The notes under the pieces: model-generated
What the model was told of the DNA's origin: nothing
The model's input: the letters and a program-made list of their open reading frames with translations, nothing else
Database searches by the model: none
Position numbers and translations under genes: made by a program
Part shown: piece by piece, positions 23,919-34,724 of the stretch
Position numbering within the stretch: position 1 is the first letter of the stretch
How the letters are laid out: every line of letters begins with the position of its first letter
Assembly: GCF_050320075.1 (NCBI RefSeq)
Contig: NZ_CP190018.1
Direction: 5' to 3' (one strand)
DNA: 64,000 bases
DNA from: Escherichia coli
GTDB lineage: Bacteria > Pseudomonadota > Gammaproteobacteria > Enterobacterales > Enterobacteriaceae

Positions 23919-25177
23919 GATAAAAACTCTCTTTGGGCTCGTGAAAAAAAGGCTTCATCACCGAAGTTGCCAGATTTAAGGGCGAGTGAGACAGGTTTAT
24001 CCAGTGCGTTTACCCACGGCACGCCGGGAGAAATGGTTGGGCCAATATGAAACCCTTTTATTCCCAGGCTCTGTGTGACTACGCCGGAGGTCTCACCGCC
24101 TGCGACAATAAAGCGTGTCACGCCTTCCGCTGCTAACCGCGCCGCTAGTTGAGAAAACAGTGTTTCTACTGCCTGACTGGCTTTTTGTGCACCGTATTGC
24201 TGTTGAATTGCTGCCAATGCGTCAGTGCTGGCGGTGGCAAAAACCAGTGGAGCAAGTACACTTTCCTGGCCCAGAACCCACTCTGCCAGTTCGTGTGCAT
24301 AAGCGGCCAGAGTTTCAATTGAGAGGCAGCGTGCCACATCAACTTCACGGGCTGGTGCAATTTGACGGTAATGTGCTACCTGGCGGTTGGTCATTTGAGA
24401 GCATGAACCGGAGAGCACTACGCCGCGCCCAGCGAGCGGATGCCCTGCTTTGCGAGCCTGGTTACCGTTTTCTTGCGCCCACTGCCGGGCAAGGCCAATC
24501 GCCAGACCAGAACCGCCCGTTACCAGTGGGGTATCGCGCAAGGCTTCTCCCTGAATTTCCAGATGGTGTTCGGTCAGCGCATCAAGCACCGCGTAGCGGT
24601 AGCCCTCTTGCTGTAAGCGAGCCAGCTCTTGACGAACGGCATCCACACCTTGTTCGAAAACATGTGCCGAAACGACGCCGCAGCGCCCTGTGGATTGCGC
24701 TTCAACCAGACGGGGAAGATAGCTGTCGGTCATGGGATTTACCGGGTGATGGCGCATCCCGGATTCGGCCAGCAGTTGATTCATTACGAACAAATACCCC
24801 TGATAAACCGTACGTCCGTTGACCGGCAGGGCCGGAGAGAAGACCGTAAACGGCGTGTCGAGAGCATCCATTAATGCATCGGTAACCGGGCCGATATTAC
24901 CTTTCGCCGAACTGTCGAAAGTAGAGCAGTATTTGAAATAGATCTGTTTGCAACCTTGCTGTTGCAACCAGCTCAGTGCCGCCAGCGATTGCTGTGTGGC
25001 TTCAACCACCGGACAGGAACGCGTTTTCAGGCTGATCACCAGTGCGTCGATTGCTTCCGGCATTTTACCTGTTGGAACACCGTTAATTTGTACCGTTGGT
25101 AGACCGTTTTCCACCAGAAAACTGGCGATATCCGTCGCGCCGGTAAAATCATCGGCGATAACGCCAATCTTGATCAT
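23915..25177 (-). CDS. ygbK: Four-carbon acid sugar kinase YgbK (OtnK)
   Basis: 420 aa; E. coli YgbK. Confidence 0.9.
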   Translation of the reverse strand: MIKIGVIADDFTGATDIASFLVENGLPTVQINGVPTGKMPEAIDALVISLKTRSCPVVEATQQSLAALSWLQQQGCKQIYFKYCSTFDSSAKGNIGPVTDALMDALDTPFTVFSPALPVNGRTVYQGYLFVMNQLLAESGMRHHPVNPMTDSYLPRLVEAQSTGRCGVVSAHVFEQGVDAVRQELARLQQEGYRYAVLDALTEHHLEIQGEALRDTPLVTGGSGLAIGLARQWAQENGNQARKAGHPLAGRGVVLSGSCSQMTNRQVAHYRQIAPAREVDVARCLSIETLAAYAHELAEWVLGQESVLAPLVFATASTDALAAIQQQYGAQKASQAVETLFSQLAARLAAEGVTRFIVAGGETSGVVTQSLGIKGFHIGPTISPGVPWVNALDKPVSLALKSGNFGDEAFFSRAQREFLS

Positions 25178-26082
25178 GATTTCGCTCCCGGTAGAGTGAT
25201 GCCAGAGAAAATCTTGATAACTGCGCTATCGTCTTCTTTCCCGTAACCCGCGTTACTGGCGCTGGTGAACATATTCAATGCTGTTGAGGCCAATGGCAGC
25301 GGGAAGTGCAGGGCTTTGGCTGTATCGGCAACCAGACCAAGATCCTTAACAAAAATATCGACGGCTGAATGCGGGGTGTAATCGCCATCCACCACATGAC
25401 GCATCCGGTTTTCGAACATCCAGGAATTTCCGGCGGCATTGGTCACGACGTCATACATCACATCCAGCGGGATCCCCGCACGGGCTGCAAGTGCCATCGC
25501 TTCGGCTCCGGCAGCAATATGTACGCCCGCTAACAACTGGTGAATAATTTTTACGGTCGAACCTAGTCCCGGTTCTGCACCTATGCGATAAACTTTTCCG
25601 GCAACGGCTTCCAGCACGGGTGCCAGTCGTTCAAAGGCAATATCGCTACCGGAGGCCATGACAGTCATTTCACCGTTAGCGGCTTTTACTGCACCACCAG
25701 AAACTGGCGCATCCAGCATTTCCAGATCGAATCCAGCCAGAGCGGTAGCAATTTCTTGCGCATCAGCACTAGCGATAGTGGAAGAAACCATTACTGCCGT
25801 ACCGGGTTTCAGATGTTGTGCAACGCCTGTTTCACCAAACAGCACCTGTTTAACCTGGGCCGCATTGACCACCAGCACCAGCAGAGCGTCCAGTTTTTCG
25901 GCAAACGTCGCGGCGTTATCAGAAACCCCGCAAGCACCTGCCTCTTTCAACGTAGCGCAGGCATTGCTGTTCAGGTCTGCGCCCCAGGTAGAAAGACCTG
26001 CGCGGACACATGACAGTGCTGCTCCCATTCCCATTGACCCTAAGCCAACGATACCGACATGAAACTCAGATCCCGTTTTCAT
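25174..26082 (-). CDS. ygbJ: NAD-dependent dehydrogenase YgbJ (L-threonate dehydrogenase, LtnD)
   Basis: 302 aa, Rossmann GLGSMGMG; E. coli YgbJ. Confidence 0.93.
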   Translation of the reverse strand: MKTGSEFHVGIVGLGSMGMGAALSCVRAGLSTWGADLNSNACATLKEAGACGVSDNAATFAEKLDALLVLVVNAAQVKQVLFGETGVAQHLKPGTAVMVSSTIASADAQEIATALAGFDLEMLDAPVSGGAVKAANGEMTVMASGSDIAFERLAPVLEAVAGKVYRIGAEPGLGSTVKIIHQLLAGVHIAAGAEAMALAARAGIPLDVMYDVVTNAAGNSWMFENRMRHVVDGDYTPHSAVDIFVKDLGLVADTAKALHFPLPLASTALNMFTSASNAGYGKEDDSAVIKIFSGITLPGAKS

Positions 26083-26277
26083 CTGCTCTCCTTGTTAATT
26101 TAAGTGATATTTTGTTTGATATTGTGAATATAGGCGCTGGAAGATAACGATATGGTGAGCTGATTCACAAAAATTAACATTGTGTGTTATTTTATGTGAA
26201 CTAAGCGTTAGTTGCGCCGCGCACGTTTCGCAGGCAAATAGCGTAGAATGTCAGCAGGACAAAGGAAGGAGCAAAAG

Positions 26278-27045
26278 TTGATACCCGTAGAGCGTCGCCA
26301 AATCATCCTTGAGATGGTAGCTGAAAAAGGCATTGTCAGTATTGCTGAACTAACGGACAGAATGAATGTGTCACATATGACCATTCGTCGGGATTTACAA
26401 AAACTGGAGCAGCAGGGAGCCGTTGTGCTGGTGTCCGGAGGCGTCCAGTCTCCGGGACGCGTGGCGCATGAACCTTCTCATCAGGTAAAAACTGCGCTGG
26501 CAATGACGCAAAAAGCGGCTATTGGCAAGCTGGCGGCAAGTCTTGTTCAGCCGGGAAGTTGTATCTATCTGGATGCGGGAACGACCACGCTAGCGATAGC
26601 ACAGCATCTGATTCACATGGAGTCACTGACTGTGGTCACAAACGATTTCGTTATTGCGGACTACTTGCTCGACAACAGTAATTGCACAATTATTCACACT
26701 GGCGGTGCAGTGTGTCGGGAAAACCGTTCCTGTGTCGGGGAAGCCGCTGCGACCATGCTGCGCAGCCTGATGATTGATCAGGCTTTTATTTCTGCATCGT
26801 CATGGAGTGTGCGGGGGATTTCTACGCCAGCGGAAGATAAAGTCACGGTGAAACGGGCGATTGCCAGTGCCAGCCGCCAGCGAGTTTTGGTCTGTGATGC
26901 GACGAAATATGGTCAGGTGGCGACATGGCTGGCGTTACCATTAAGCGAGTTTGATCAGATTATTACAGACGACGGTTTGCCGGAGAGTGCCAGTCGCGCG
27001 CTGGCGAAGCAGGATCTCTCTTTGCTGGTAGCGAAAAATGAATAA
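26278..27045 (+). CDS. ygbI: DeoR-family transcriptional regulator YgbI
   Basis: Probable TTG start at 26278 with AAGGAAGGAG RBS 6 nt upstream (255 aa); the ATG at 26248 has no RBS. Confidence 0.88.
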   Translation: MIPVERRQIILEMVAEKGIVSIAELTDRMNVSHMTIRRDLQKLEQQGAVVLVSGGVQSPGRVAHEPSHQVKTALAMTQKAAIGKLAASLVQPGSCIYLDAGTTTLAIAQHLIHMESLTVVTNDFVIADYLLDNSNCTIIHTGGAVCRENRSCVGEAAATMLRSLMIDQAFISASSWSVRGISTPAEDKVTVKRAIASASRQRVLVCDATKYGQVATWLALPLSEFDQIITDDGLPESASRALAKQDLSLLVAKNE

Positions 27046-27068
27046 TGGCCTGCAATAACACCGGGTTA

Positions 27069-27094
27069 CTCATGCTTCACAGAAGAAGCATGAG
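27069..27094. terminator. Hairpin between convergent ygbI and pphB
   Basis: Perfect 10-bp stem CTCATGCTTC/GAAGCATGAG with loop ACAGAA. Confidence 0.6.
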
Positions 27095-27095
27095 A

Positions 27096-27752
27096 CTACT
27101 TTATTTTATAAAATGACAGCCGCCCGCTTTTCGGCGATCCGGTATCAATATAAATCTGGTTTGCGAACGTCTGAATGTTATCAAACATCATATGTCCAAA
27201 TATAAAATAATCAGCGCCGTTTATTTGTTGTAACTCGCCATTAAGCGATTTCTGCACACGATCAACAGGCCAGAGTAGTTCTCTCTCCGCTATTTCTTTG
27301 CCAAAGAGATATTCATTCCCCGGATAATCTGCATGTGCGATGACATATTTTATTATGTCGTTAGTGATTTCAATAATATGTGGAAGGCGATGAAATTTCA
27401 GCAACAGATTTATTGCTTCTTGTTGTTCCGTCTCATTTAATTCAAAGAACCAGTCGCCGCCGCTGGCAAGCCACATATTTCCATCGCCAGTTTCGAATGC
27501 ATCAAGCGCCATCGCTTCATGGTTGCCTTTAACCGATGTAAACCAGGGCTGGTTTAACAGGCGTAGTACGTTAAGACTCTCCGGCCCACGATCAATATTA
27601 TCGCCGACAGAAATAAGTAAGTCGGTTTCAGGGAAAAAAGAGAGTTGATGTAAGCGGGATTGTAATAATTGATAGTCACCATGAATATCACCAACGGCCC
27701 ATATATAACGATAGTGATGGGCATTAATTTTTTGATAGCGTGTAGATGGCAT
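27096..27752 (-). CDS. pphB: Serine/threonine protein phosphatase 2
   Basis: 218 aa, metallophosphatase motifs GDIHG, GDNIDRG, GNHE. Confidence 0.93.
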   Translation of the reverse strand: MPSTRYQKINAHHYRYIWAVGDIHGDYQLLQSRLHQLSFFPETDLLISVGDNIDRGPESLNVLRLLNQPWFTSVKGNHEAMALDAFETGDGNMWLASGGDWFFELNETEQQEAINLLLKFHRLPHIIEITNDIIKYVIAHADYPGNEYLFGKEIAERELLWPVDRVQKSLNGELQQINGADYFIFGHMMFDNIQTFANQIYIDTGSPKSGRLSFYKIK

Positions 27753-27857
27753 GGTTTTACCCTGTAAAATAAGATTTCCTATTATACAGGGTGTTTTTAT
27801 TTGATTCGTCTGTTGTCGTTAATATTCCCGATAGCAAAAGACTATCGGGAATTGTTA

Positions 27858-30419
27858 TTACACCAGACTCTTCAAGCGATAAATCCACTCCAGCGCCTGA
27901 CGCGGAGTCAGTGAATCCGGGTCGAGATTTTCCAGTGCTTCGACCGCAGGCGACGTTTCTTCTGGCACTGACAGCAAAGACATTTGCGTACCATCCACTT
28001 GCGTAGCGGCGGCGTTCGGCGAAATGCTTTCCAACTCACGCAGTTTTTGCCGTGCGCGCTTAATAACCTCTTTTGGCACGCCGGCCAGAGCTGCAACCGC
28101 CAGGCCGTAGCTTTTGCTCGCCGCGCCATCCTGCACGCTGTGCATAAAGGCAATGGTGTCGCCGTGCTCCAGCGCATCGAGATGCACGTTGGCGACGCCT
28201 TCCATTTTCTCCGGTAACTGGGTCAGCTCGAAATAGTGGGTGGCAAACAGTGTCAACGCTTTAATCTTATTCGCCAGATTTTCCGCGCACGCCCACGCCA
28301 GCGACAGACCATCGTAAGTGGACGTCCCGCGCCCAATCTCATCCATCAGCACCAGACTGTACTCGGTGGCGTTATGTAAAATATTGGCGGTTTCGGTCAT
28401 TTCCACCATAAAGGTTGAACGCCCGGATGCCAGATCATCCGCTGCCCCTACGCGGGTAAAGATGCGATCGATAGGTCCAATCTCGACTTTTTGTGCCGGT
28501 ACATAGCTGCCGATGTAGGCCATCAGCGCAATCAGTGCGGTCTGGCGCATATAGGTACTTTTACCGCCCATATTCGGACCGGTAATGATCAACATGCGAC
28601 GCTGCGGCGACAGGTTCAGCGGGTTGGCGATAAACGGCTCATTCAGCACCTGTTCAACCACCGGATGGCGGCCTTCGGTGATGCGAATACCCGGTTTATC
28701 AATAAAGGTCGGGCAGGTGTAGTTCAGCGTATAGGCCCGTTCTGCCAGGTTCACCAGCACGTCGAGTTCCGCCAGCGCGCTCGCGCTCTGTTGCAACGCT
28801 TCCAGATGCGGCAACAGCAGGTCGAACAACTCTTCATAAAGCTGTTTTTCCAGTGCCAGTGCTTTGCCTTTTGAAGTGAGAACTTTGTCTTCGTACTCTT
28901 TTAGCTCTGGAATAATGTAGCGTTCGGCGTTTTTCAGCGTCTGGCGGCGCATGTAGTTAATCGGTGCCAGATGGCTTTGTCCACGGCTGATCTGAATGTA
29001 ATAACCATGCACCGCGTTAAATCCGACTTTCAGCGTGTCCAGGCCGGTACGTTCACGCTCGCGGACTTCCAGACGCTCCAGATAATCGGTCGCGCCGTCA
29101 GCCAGCGCGCGCCACTCATCCAGCTCTTCGTTATAGCCCGATGCGATAACACCACCGTCGCGCACCAGTACCGGCGGTGTGTCGATAATGGCCCGCTCCA
29201 GCAGATCGCGCAGTTCGGCAAACTCACCCATCTTCTCACGCAGCGCCTGTACCGGAGCGCTATCGACATTTTCTAACTGCGCACGCAGCTCCGGCAGTTG
29301 CTGGAAAGCGTGACGCATACGGGCCAGATCGCGTGGGCGAGCAGTTCGTAAAGCCAGACGTGCCAGAATACGTTCCAGGTCGCCGACCTGACGCAGCACC
29401 GGCTGTAGCTCGGCGGTGAAATCCTGCAATGCGCCAATAGTTTGCTGGCGCTCAAGCAACACGCGGGTATCGCGCACTGGCATATGCAGCCAGCGTTTCA
29501 GCATACGACTACCCATTGGCGTTACAGTGCAGTCGAGCACTGAAGCCAGCGTGTTTTCCGCACCGCCCGCCAGGTTCTGAGTAATTTCCAGGTTACGACG
29601 TGTCGCGGCATCCATAATGATGCTGTCCTGCTCACGTTCCATGGTGATAGAACGAATATGCGGCAGGGTCGTACGTTGGGTATCTTTCGCATACTGCAAC
29701 AGACAACCGGCAGCACAAAGTCCGCGCGGCGCGTTCTCGACGCCAAAACCGACCAGATCGCGGGTGCCAAATTGCAGATTCAACTGCTGGCGCGCGGTGT
29801 CGATTTCAAACTCCCACAGCGGGCGACGGCGCAGGCCGCGACGGCCTTCAATTAACGACATTTCAGCAAAATCTTCTGCATACAGCAGTTCCGCCGGATT
29901 AGTGCGTTGCAGTTCTGCCGCCATCGTTTCGCGGTCAGCCGGTTCGCTCAGGCGAAAACGACCGGAACTGATATCCAGCGTCGCGTAGCCGAAACCTTTG
30001 CTGTCCTGCCAGATAGCCGCCAGCAGGTTGTCCTGACGCTCCTGCAACAGGGCTTCATCGCTGATGGTGCCTGGCGTAACGATACGCACAACTTTGCGCT
30101 CAACCGGACCTTTGCTGGTCGCCGGATCGCCAATTTGTTCGCAGATGGCAACGGACTCGCCCTGATTCACCAGTTTGGCGAGGTAGTTTTCCACCGCATG
30201 GTAGGGGATCCCCGCCATCGGGATCGGCTCTCCCGCGGAAGCACCGCGTTTGGTCAGTGAAATATCCAGCAGCTGCGAGGCGCGTTTCGCGTCGTCATAA
30301 AACAGTTCGTAAAAGTCACCCATCCGATAGAACAGCAGGATCTCGGGATGCTGGGCTTTCAGCTTGAGATACTGCTGCATCATGGGCGTATGGGCATCGA
30401 AATTTTCTATTGCACTCAT
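27858..30419 (-). CDS. mutS: DNA mismatch repair protein MutS
   Basis: 853 aa, Walker [10 protein letters not shown]; E. coli MutS. Confidence 0.98.
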   Translation of the reverse strand: MSAIENFDAHTPMMQQYLKLKAQHPEILLFYRMGDFYELFYDDAKRASQLLDISLTKRGASAGEPIPMAGIPYHAVENYLAKLVNQGESVAICEQIGDPATSKGPVERKVVRIVTPGTISDEALLQERQDNLLAAIWQDSKGFGYATLDISSGRFRLSEPADRETMAAELQRTNPAELLYAEDFAEMSLIEGRRGLRRRPLWEFEIDTARQQLNLQFGTRDLVGFGVENAPRGLCAAGCLLQYAKDTQRTTLPHIRSITMEREQDSIIMDAATRRNLEITQNLAGGAENTLASVLDCTVTPMGSRMLKRWLHMPVRDTRVLLERQQTIGALQDFTAELQPVLRQVGDLERILARLALRTARPRDLARMRHAFQQLPELRAQLENVDSAPVQALREKMGEFAELRDLLERAIIDTPPVLVRDGGVIASGYNEELDEWRALADGATDYLERLEVRERERTGLDTLKVGFNAVHGYYIQISRGQSHLAPINYMRRQTLKNAERYIIPELKEYEDKVLTSKGKALALEKQLYEELFDLLLPHLEALQQSASALAELDVLVNLAERAYTLNYTCPTFIDKPGIRITEGRHPVVEQVLNEPFIANPLNLSPQRRMLIITGPNMGGKSTYMRQTALIALMAYIGSYVPAQKVEIGPIDRIFTRVGAADDLASGRSTFMVEMTETANILHNATEYSLVLMDEIGRGTSTYDGLSLAWACAENLANKIKALTLFATHYFELTQLPEKMEGVANVHLDALEHGDTIAFMHSVQDGAASKSYGLAVAALAGVPKEVIKRARQKLRELESISPNAAATQVDGTQMSLLSVPEETSPAVEALENLDPDSLTPRQALEWIYRLKSLV

Positions 30420-30665
30420 GGGGTTATGTCCGGTTCCCTGATATTAAATGGGGTGTGATGGTTTTTATTTTCGTTGTAATCACATAAGGCGCACATGATA
30501 CCGGAGTTAATCATTTCAGGGGAAGAAGCGAACGGCGAGTTCTTGATGCTGGTTCCGGGAAAGATGCTGTTTTGCAGCTTTTGCGTGATGCTTATGAAGC
30601 AAGTACGCAAAATTGTATCGGTTGGCTAACCCTTCTTCTTTAGAGTCATAGTGCCCTTTAAGATT

Positions 30666-30688
30666 AAGTTGTAATATAAATGCATCTT
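30666..30688 (+). promoter_or_regulatory. Candidate NsrR operator upstream of ygbA
   Basis: AAGTTGTAATA-T-AAATGCATCTT: right half matches the NsrR half-site AAATGCATCTT as I recall it, left half 7/11; ygbA is a known NsrR target. Confidence 0.4.
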
Positions 30689-30705
30689 AATGAGATGGAG
30701 GCAGC

Positions 30706-31050
30706 ATGTCCGGCAAGCGTATCTCTCGTGAAAAACTGACGATTAAAAAAATGATCGATCTTTATCAAGCGAAATGCCCGCAGGCGTCAGCGGAGCCGGA
30801 GCATTATGAGACGTTGTTTACTTACGCGCAAAAGCGGCTGGATAAATGTGTGTTCGGCGAAGAGAAACCAGCCTGTAAGCAGTGTCCGGTGCACTGTTAC
30901 CAGCCTGCAAAGCGTGAAGAGATGAAACAGATTATGCGTTGGGCTGGGCCGCGAATGCTGTGGCGTCATCCGATCTTAACCGTGCGTCATCTCATCGATG
31001 ACAAGCGTCCGGTGCCGGAGTTGCCAGAAAAATATCGTCCAAAGAAATAA
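30706..31050 (+). CDS. ygbA: NsrR-regulated protein YgbA
   Basis: 114 aa, MSGKRISREKLTIKKMIDLYQAKCP...; E. coli YgbA. Confidence 0.9.
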   Translation: MSGKRISREKLTIKKMIDLYQAKCPQASAEPEHYETLFTYAQKRLDKCVFGEEKPACKQCPVHCYQPAKREEMKQIMRWAGPRMLWRHPILTVRHLIDDKRPVPELPEKYRPKK

Positions 31051-31088
31051 ATCTGCCGGAGAGCCATACTCTCCGGCAAATAAGGCGC

Positions 31089-31517
31089 TTACGCTTTGGT
31101 GGCAATCAGGATGGCTGATGCTTTGATCAATGCAATAACGCGCGAGCCAGTGGTGAGTTTCATTTCATCCTGACTTTCATTTGTTACCACTGCCACAATT
31201 TCAAAACCCGCATCCGTTTTGATATGGACAGTGGCGTTCACTGCGCCTTCGGTGATTGTCGACACGCTGCCAGCAAACTGGTTGCGAGCAGAGAATTTCA
31301 GTCCACAGTCTTCCGTTGCCAGCGTTACCCACGGGGCTTTAATCAGGGCAATCGCTTCTTTCCCTTTCGCCAGACCCAGCGCTTGCTGGCTGCTGTGAGT
31401 CACAATTGCCACCAGCTTTGCACCACCTGCCAGCGTCAGTTCTACTTCATCATTCACAGCGCCCATTGCTACTGCGCTAACTGTTCCGGTTAATTGATTT
31501 CTTGCTGAAACTGCCAT
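31089..31517 (-). CDS. Tandem Mop/TOBE-domain molybdate-binding protein
   Basis: 142 aa from ATG 31517 (AGGAGG RBS 4 nt upstream). Two internal repeats of about 70 aa (SARNQLTGTVS...AIALIKAPWVTLA and SARNQFAGSVS...VIALIKASAILIA) typical of Mop/TOBE domains. Confidence 0.8.
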   Translation of the reverse strand: MAVSARNQLTGTVSAVAMGAVNDEVELTLAGGAKLVAIVTHSSQQALGLAKGKEAIALIKAPWVTLATEDCGLKFSARNQFAGSVSTITEGAVNATVHIKTDAGFEIVAVVTNESQDEMKLTTGSRVIALIKASAILIATKA

Positions 31518-31561
31518 ACTGCCTCCTTTCATTGAACGTTGATCGAGTATAACCACATCTG

Positions 31562-33640
31562 TTAAATCAATGCCGATTTATCAATTCCCAGTCGCTTCAT
31601 CCGTGACAGCAGGGTCGTGCGTTTCAGCCCCAGACGTTGCGCAGCGCCTTTAGGCCCGGCAACCACGCCGTTGGTTTCTTTCAGCACGCGAACAATCAAC
31701 TGATATTCATCTTCGCCCTCCTGGGCGACAACCGTTGCGGCAGGCGGCGTTTCAGGCTCCGGTAAAGCAATATCTGGCAGTGACAGCTGCAGCACGTTGC
31801 CGCGTGTTAGCAATACCGCGCGCTCAATGACGTTTTCCAGTTCGCGTACGTTACCCGGCCACTCCATGTTGCTCAAGGTGCGCAGCGTCTCGGCAGGAAT
31901 GCTGTCGATATTGCGCCCGAGACGACGGGCAATTTTGAAGGTAAAGGCTTTCGCCAGCAGCGGAATATCTTCCGGACGCTCGCGTAGTGGCGGCAGGTGG
32001 ATCGGGAATACATTCAGGCGGTAATAGAGATCGCTACGGAACTCACGGTCGGCGACCATTTTTTTCAGATCGCGGTTAGTCGCGGCAATTAAACGTACGT
32101 CCGTCTGAATGATTTTGTTGCTGCCGAGGCGTTCAAACTCCTGTTCCTGTAATACACGCAGCAACTTCGGCTGTAACTCCAGTGGCATATCGCCCACTTC
32201 GTCGAGGAACAGGGAGCTTTTATCCGCCAGTTCAAAACGACCAATGCGCTGGGCGCTGGCACCGGTAAAAGCCCCACGCTCATGACCAAACAGATCGCTC
32301 TCCAGCAATCCGGCAGGCATTGCCGCGCAGTTCATTTTTACCATGCGGCGATTATTACGCCCACTGAGATTATGGATCGCGCGGGCAATCAGCTCTTTAC
32401 CTGTACCAGTTTCACCGAGAATCAGCACGGTACTGTCGCTTTGCGCCACCATTTCAACTTGTTTAAGTACGCTGTACATGGCTTCGCTGCGGCCAATAAT
32501 CTCGCCAAATTCACTATCAACATTGTTGAGCTGCTCGGTCAGGGCGAGGTTTTCATCAACCAGCCGTTCTTTCAGACGATGGATTTCCTGATAGGCGAGG
32601 GCGTTATCGACAGCGATTGCCACACGTTCGGTAATCTGGCGCAGTAAATTCAGATTGGTAGTGGTAAACACTTTCTCTTCGCATTGCGCCAGTTTCAGCA
32701 CGCCCAGCATGGTGTCGCCAGACATCAGCGGTAACAGGCACAAGGTTTGAATCTGGTTGCCCCAGGTGTCGAACAACATGCGTTCATAGGGGGCTAAATC
32801 GTCCCGCTCGTGGAGATTAATCAGCAGCATCTCTTTGCTTTTGAACACGCGTTCGGTGAGGGTTCCGGCTTCATCGACTTCGCTCTGTTCGTGGGCGGGA
32901 TGCTGTTTATCAAGATAGTGAGTGGAGTAGATGTTGAGTTTGTTTTTACGGTGGCTGCGTAAGACGATGCTGATATCGTCAATGTCGAAGTAGTAATGGA
33001 TTTCTTTGGCGACTTCGCTGACCAGTTCGTCCATATCCAGGCGGGAAAGCACCGCGTTGGTAATGGCAACCAGGATGCGGAAGTTATCGCGCTCCCGGCA
33101 TAACAACTCATAGTCGACATTATTGACGACGCGGCTCTGGATTTGTTCGGTGACGACAGAAACGATCTGCGTAAATGTTTGCAGACGATTGAACTCTTTT
33201 TCGCTCCAGGGGCGATCGTCATAACGAATAAATTCACAGCCACCAAAAATATGCCCTTCCGCCGCCAGTGGCATCAGGCAATAGTGACCAAATTTGGGGT
33301 ATAGCCCACCTGCGGCCAGCTGCGGCCAGGTTTCACAAAATTCTTCGTAACTGCAATGCAGCGTATCAGGGCGCGACAAAATGCTGCGTACCGGACCGTG
33401 TGCCAGAACAGTTTCGTCTTCATATTTAATGGGGGTGTCTTTTTCACGCGATGCGTAATAAGACGCACGTTGAGTCTGCGCTTGCCACAACACAATAGCC
33501 GCGTTGTCGGCGAGCGCAGAACGCTTTACCAGTTGCGAAAGAGCCTCACACAGCGAGGCCAGATCGGGCTGCTGCAATAGTGTCCGAGTGATGTCGAACA
33601 ACCCTTGTTGTCCGAGATCACTCATCGGTGTATATGACAT
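31562..33640 (-). CDS. fhlA: Formate hydrogenlyase transcriptional activator FhlA (sigma54-dependent)
   Basis: 692 aa from MSYTPMSDLGQQ; GAF domains, AAA+ sigma54-interaction motif GETGTGKE and GAFTGA. Confidence 0.96.
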   Translation of the reverse strand: MSYTPMSDLGQQGLFDITRTLLQQPDLASLCEALSQLVKRSALADNAAIVLWQAQTQRASYYASREKDTPIKYEDETVLAHGPVRSILSRPDTLHCSYEEFCETWPQLAAGGLYPKFGHYCLMPLAAEGHIFGGCEFIRYDDRPWSEKEFNRLQTFTQIVSVVTEQIQSRVVNNVDYELLCRERDNFRILVAITNAVLSRLDMDELVSEVAKEIHYYFDIDDISIVLRSHRKNKLNIYSTHYLDKQHPAHEQSEVDEAGTLTERVFKSKEMLLINLHERDDLAPYERMLFDTWGNQIQTLCLLPLMSGDTMLGVLKLAQCEEKVFTTTNLNLLRQITERVAIAVDNALAYQEIHRLKERLVDENLALTEQLNNVDSEFGEIIGRSEAMYSVLKQVEMVAQSDSTVLILGETGTGKELIARAIHNLSGRNNRRMVKMNCAAMPAGLLESDLFGHERGAFTGASAQRIGRFELADKSSLFLDEVGDMPLELQPKLLRVLQEQEFERLGSNKIIQTDVRLIAATNRDLKKMVADREFRSDLYYRLNVFPIHLPPLRERPEDIPLLAKAFTFKIARRLGRNIDSIPAETLRTLSNMEWPGNVRELENVIERAVLLTRGNVLQLSLPDIALPEPETPPAATVVAQEGEDEYQLIVRVLKETNGVVAGPKGAAQRLGLKRTTLLSRMKRLGIDKSALI

Positions 33641-33713
33641 TTTGTTCTTCCAGGAAAGCACCGCAAAGCGGTGCAAAAGGTCATTGACTAACTATAGGAG
33701 ATTTAGAATTTTA

Positions 33714-34724
33714 TTAGCATATACGCGGAAGCGGTTCGGCGTGTGGTAAATCGAGGGTTCGTTTCACGCCATACAGACCGGCAAGACGAACACCTTTACG
33801 TTCCACCACTTCACCAATCAGCGCCGCGTCTTTCCCCAGTGGATGGGAATGTAACGCTGCCAAAACTTGCTCTGCCGCGTTGCGTTCAACGGCGATCACC
33901 AGTTTGCCTTCGTTGGCAAAGTTAAGGGCGTCCAGTCCCAGCAGTTCGCAAACGCCGCGCACAGCAGGTTTAACCGGCAGTGCCGCTTCTGAAATTTCAA
34001 TACCGCAACCGCAGGCTGCCGCGAACTCATGAACTACCGCGTTCACACCACCACGGGTGGCATCACGCAGCGCTTTCACGCCGGGAATGTCACGCAGCGT
34101 CTGAATAAGCGGCGTTAGTACCGCACAGTCGCTGACCAGTTCGCCATCCAGCCCCAGCTGCTCACGCAGGTTAAGGATAGTCGCCCCGTGGTCGCCGAGT
34201 GTACCGCTAACCAGCAATACATCGCCTGCGGTTAGCGTCTGTGCGCCCCAGTGAATATTCGCCGGAATTGCGCCCATGCCAGCGGTGTTGATAAACAGTT
34301 TATCTGCCGCGCCGCGCTGCACCACTTTAGTATCGCCAGTGACGATGGCAATGCCTGCCGCGCGGGCGGTTTCTGCCATGCTGGTCACTACGGCTTTCAG
34401 TGTCTCCATCGGCAATCCTTCTTCGAGGATAAAGCCACAGGAGAGATAGCGCGGAATAGCGCCACTGACCGCAACGTCATTCGCGGTTCCGCAAATCGCC
34501 AGCTTGCCGATATTACCGCCAGGAAAGAACAGCGGGTCAATGACGTAACTGTCGGTGGAGAACGCCAGACGGTCGCCTTCCGCTACCAGCTGCGCCAGAT
34601 CAAGACGTGCCTGATCTTCCTGCTCTGCCAGCCACGGGTTGGCAAAGGCTTCCATAAACAGGCTGTTGATTAATTGCTGCATCGCCTGGCCGCCGCTACC
34701 GTGGGCGAGTTGGATATTATTCAC
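33714..34724 (-). CDS. hypE: Hydrogenase maturation carbamoyl dehydratase HypE
   Basis: 336 aa, ends ...PRIC. Confidence 0.95.
   Translation of the reverse strand: MNNIQLAHGSGGQAMQQLINSLFMEAFANPWLAEQEDQARLDLAQLVAEGDRLAFSTDSYVIDPLFFPGGNIGKLAICGTANDVAVSGAIPRYLSCGFILEEGLPMETLKAVVTSMAETARAAGIAIVTGDTKVVQRGAADKLFINTAGMGAIPANIHWGAQTLTAGDVLLVSGTLGDHGATILNLREQLGLDGELVSDCAVLTPLIQTLRDIPGVKALRDATRGGVNAVVHEFAAACGCGIEISEAALPVKPAVRGVCELLGLDALNFANEGKLVIAVERNAAEQVLAALHSHPLGKDAALIGEVVERKGVRLAGLYGVKRTLDLPHAEPLPRIC

Noticed and set aside
26248-26277. ATG start for ygbI at 26248
   Set aside because: No RBS; a strong AAGGAAGGAG RBS precedes TTG 26278, giving the expected 255-aa product.
29617-29988. 123-aa plus-strand ORF, representative of several short ORFs in 27908-30260
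   Set aside because: All are antisense inside mutS.
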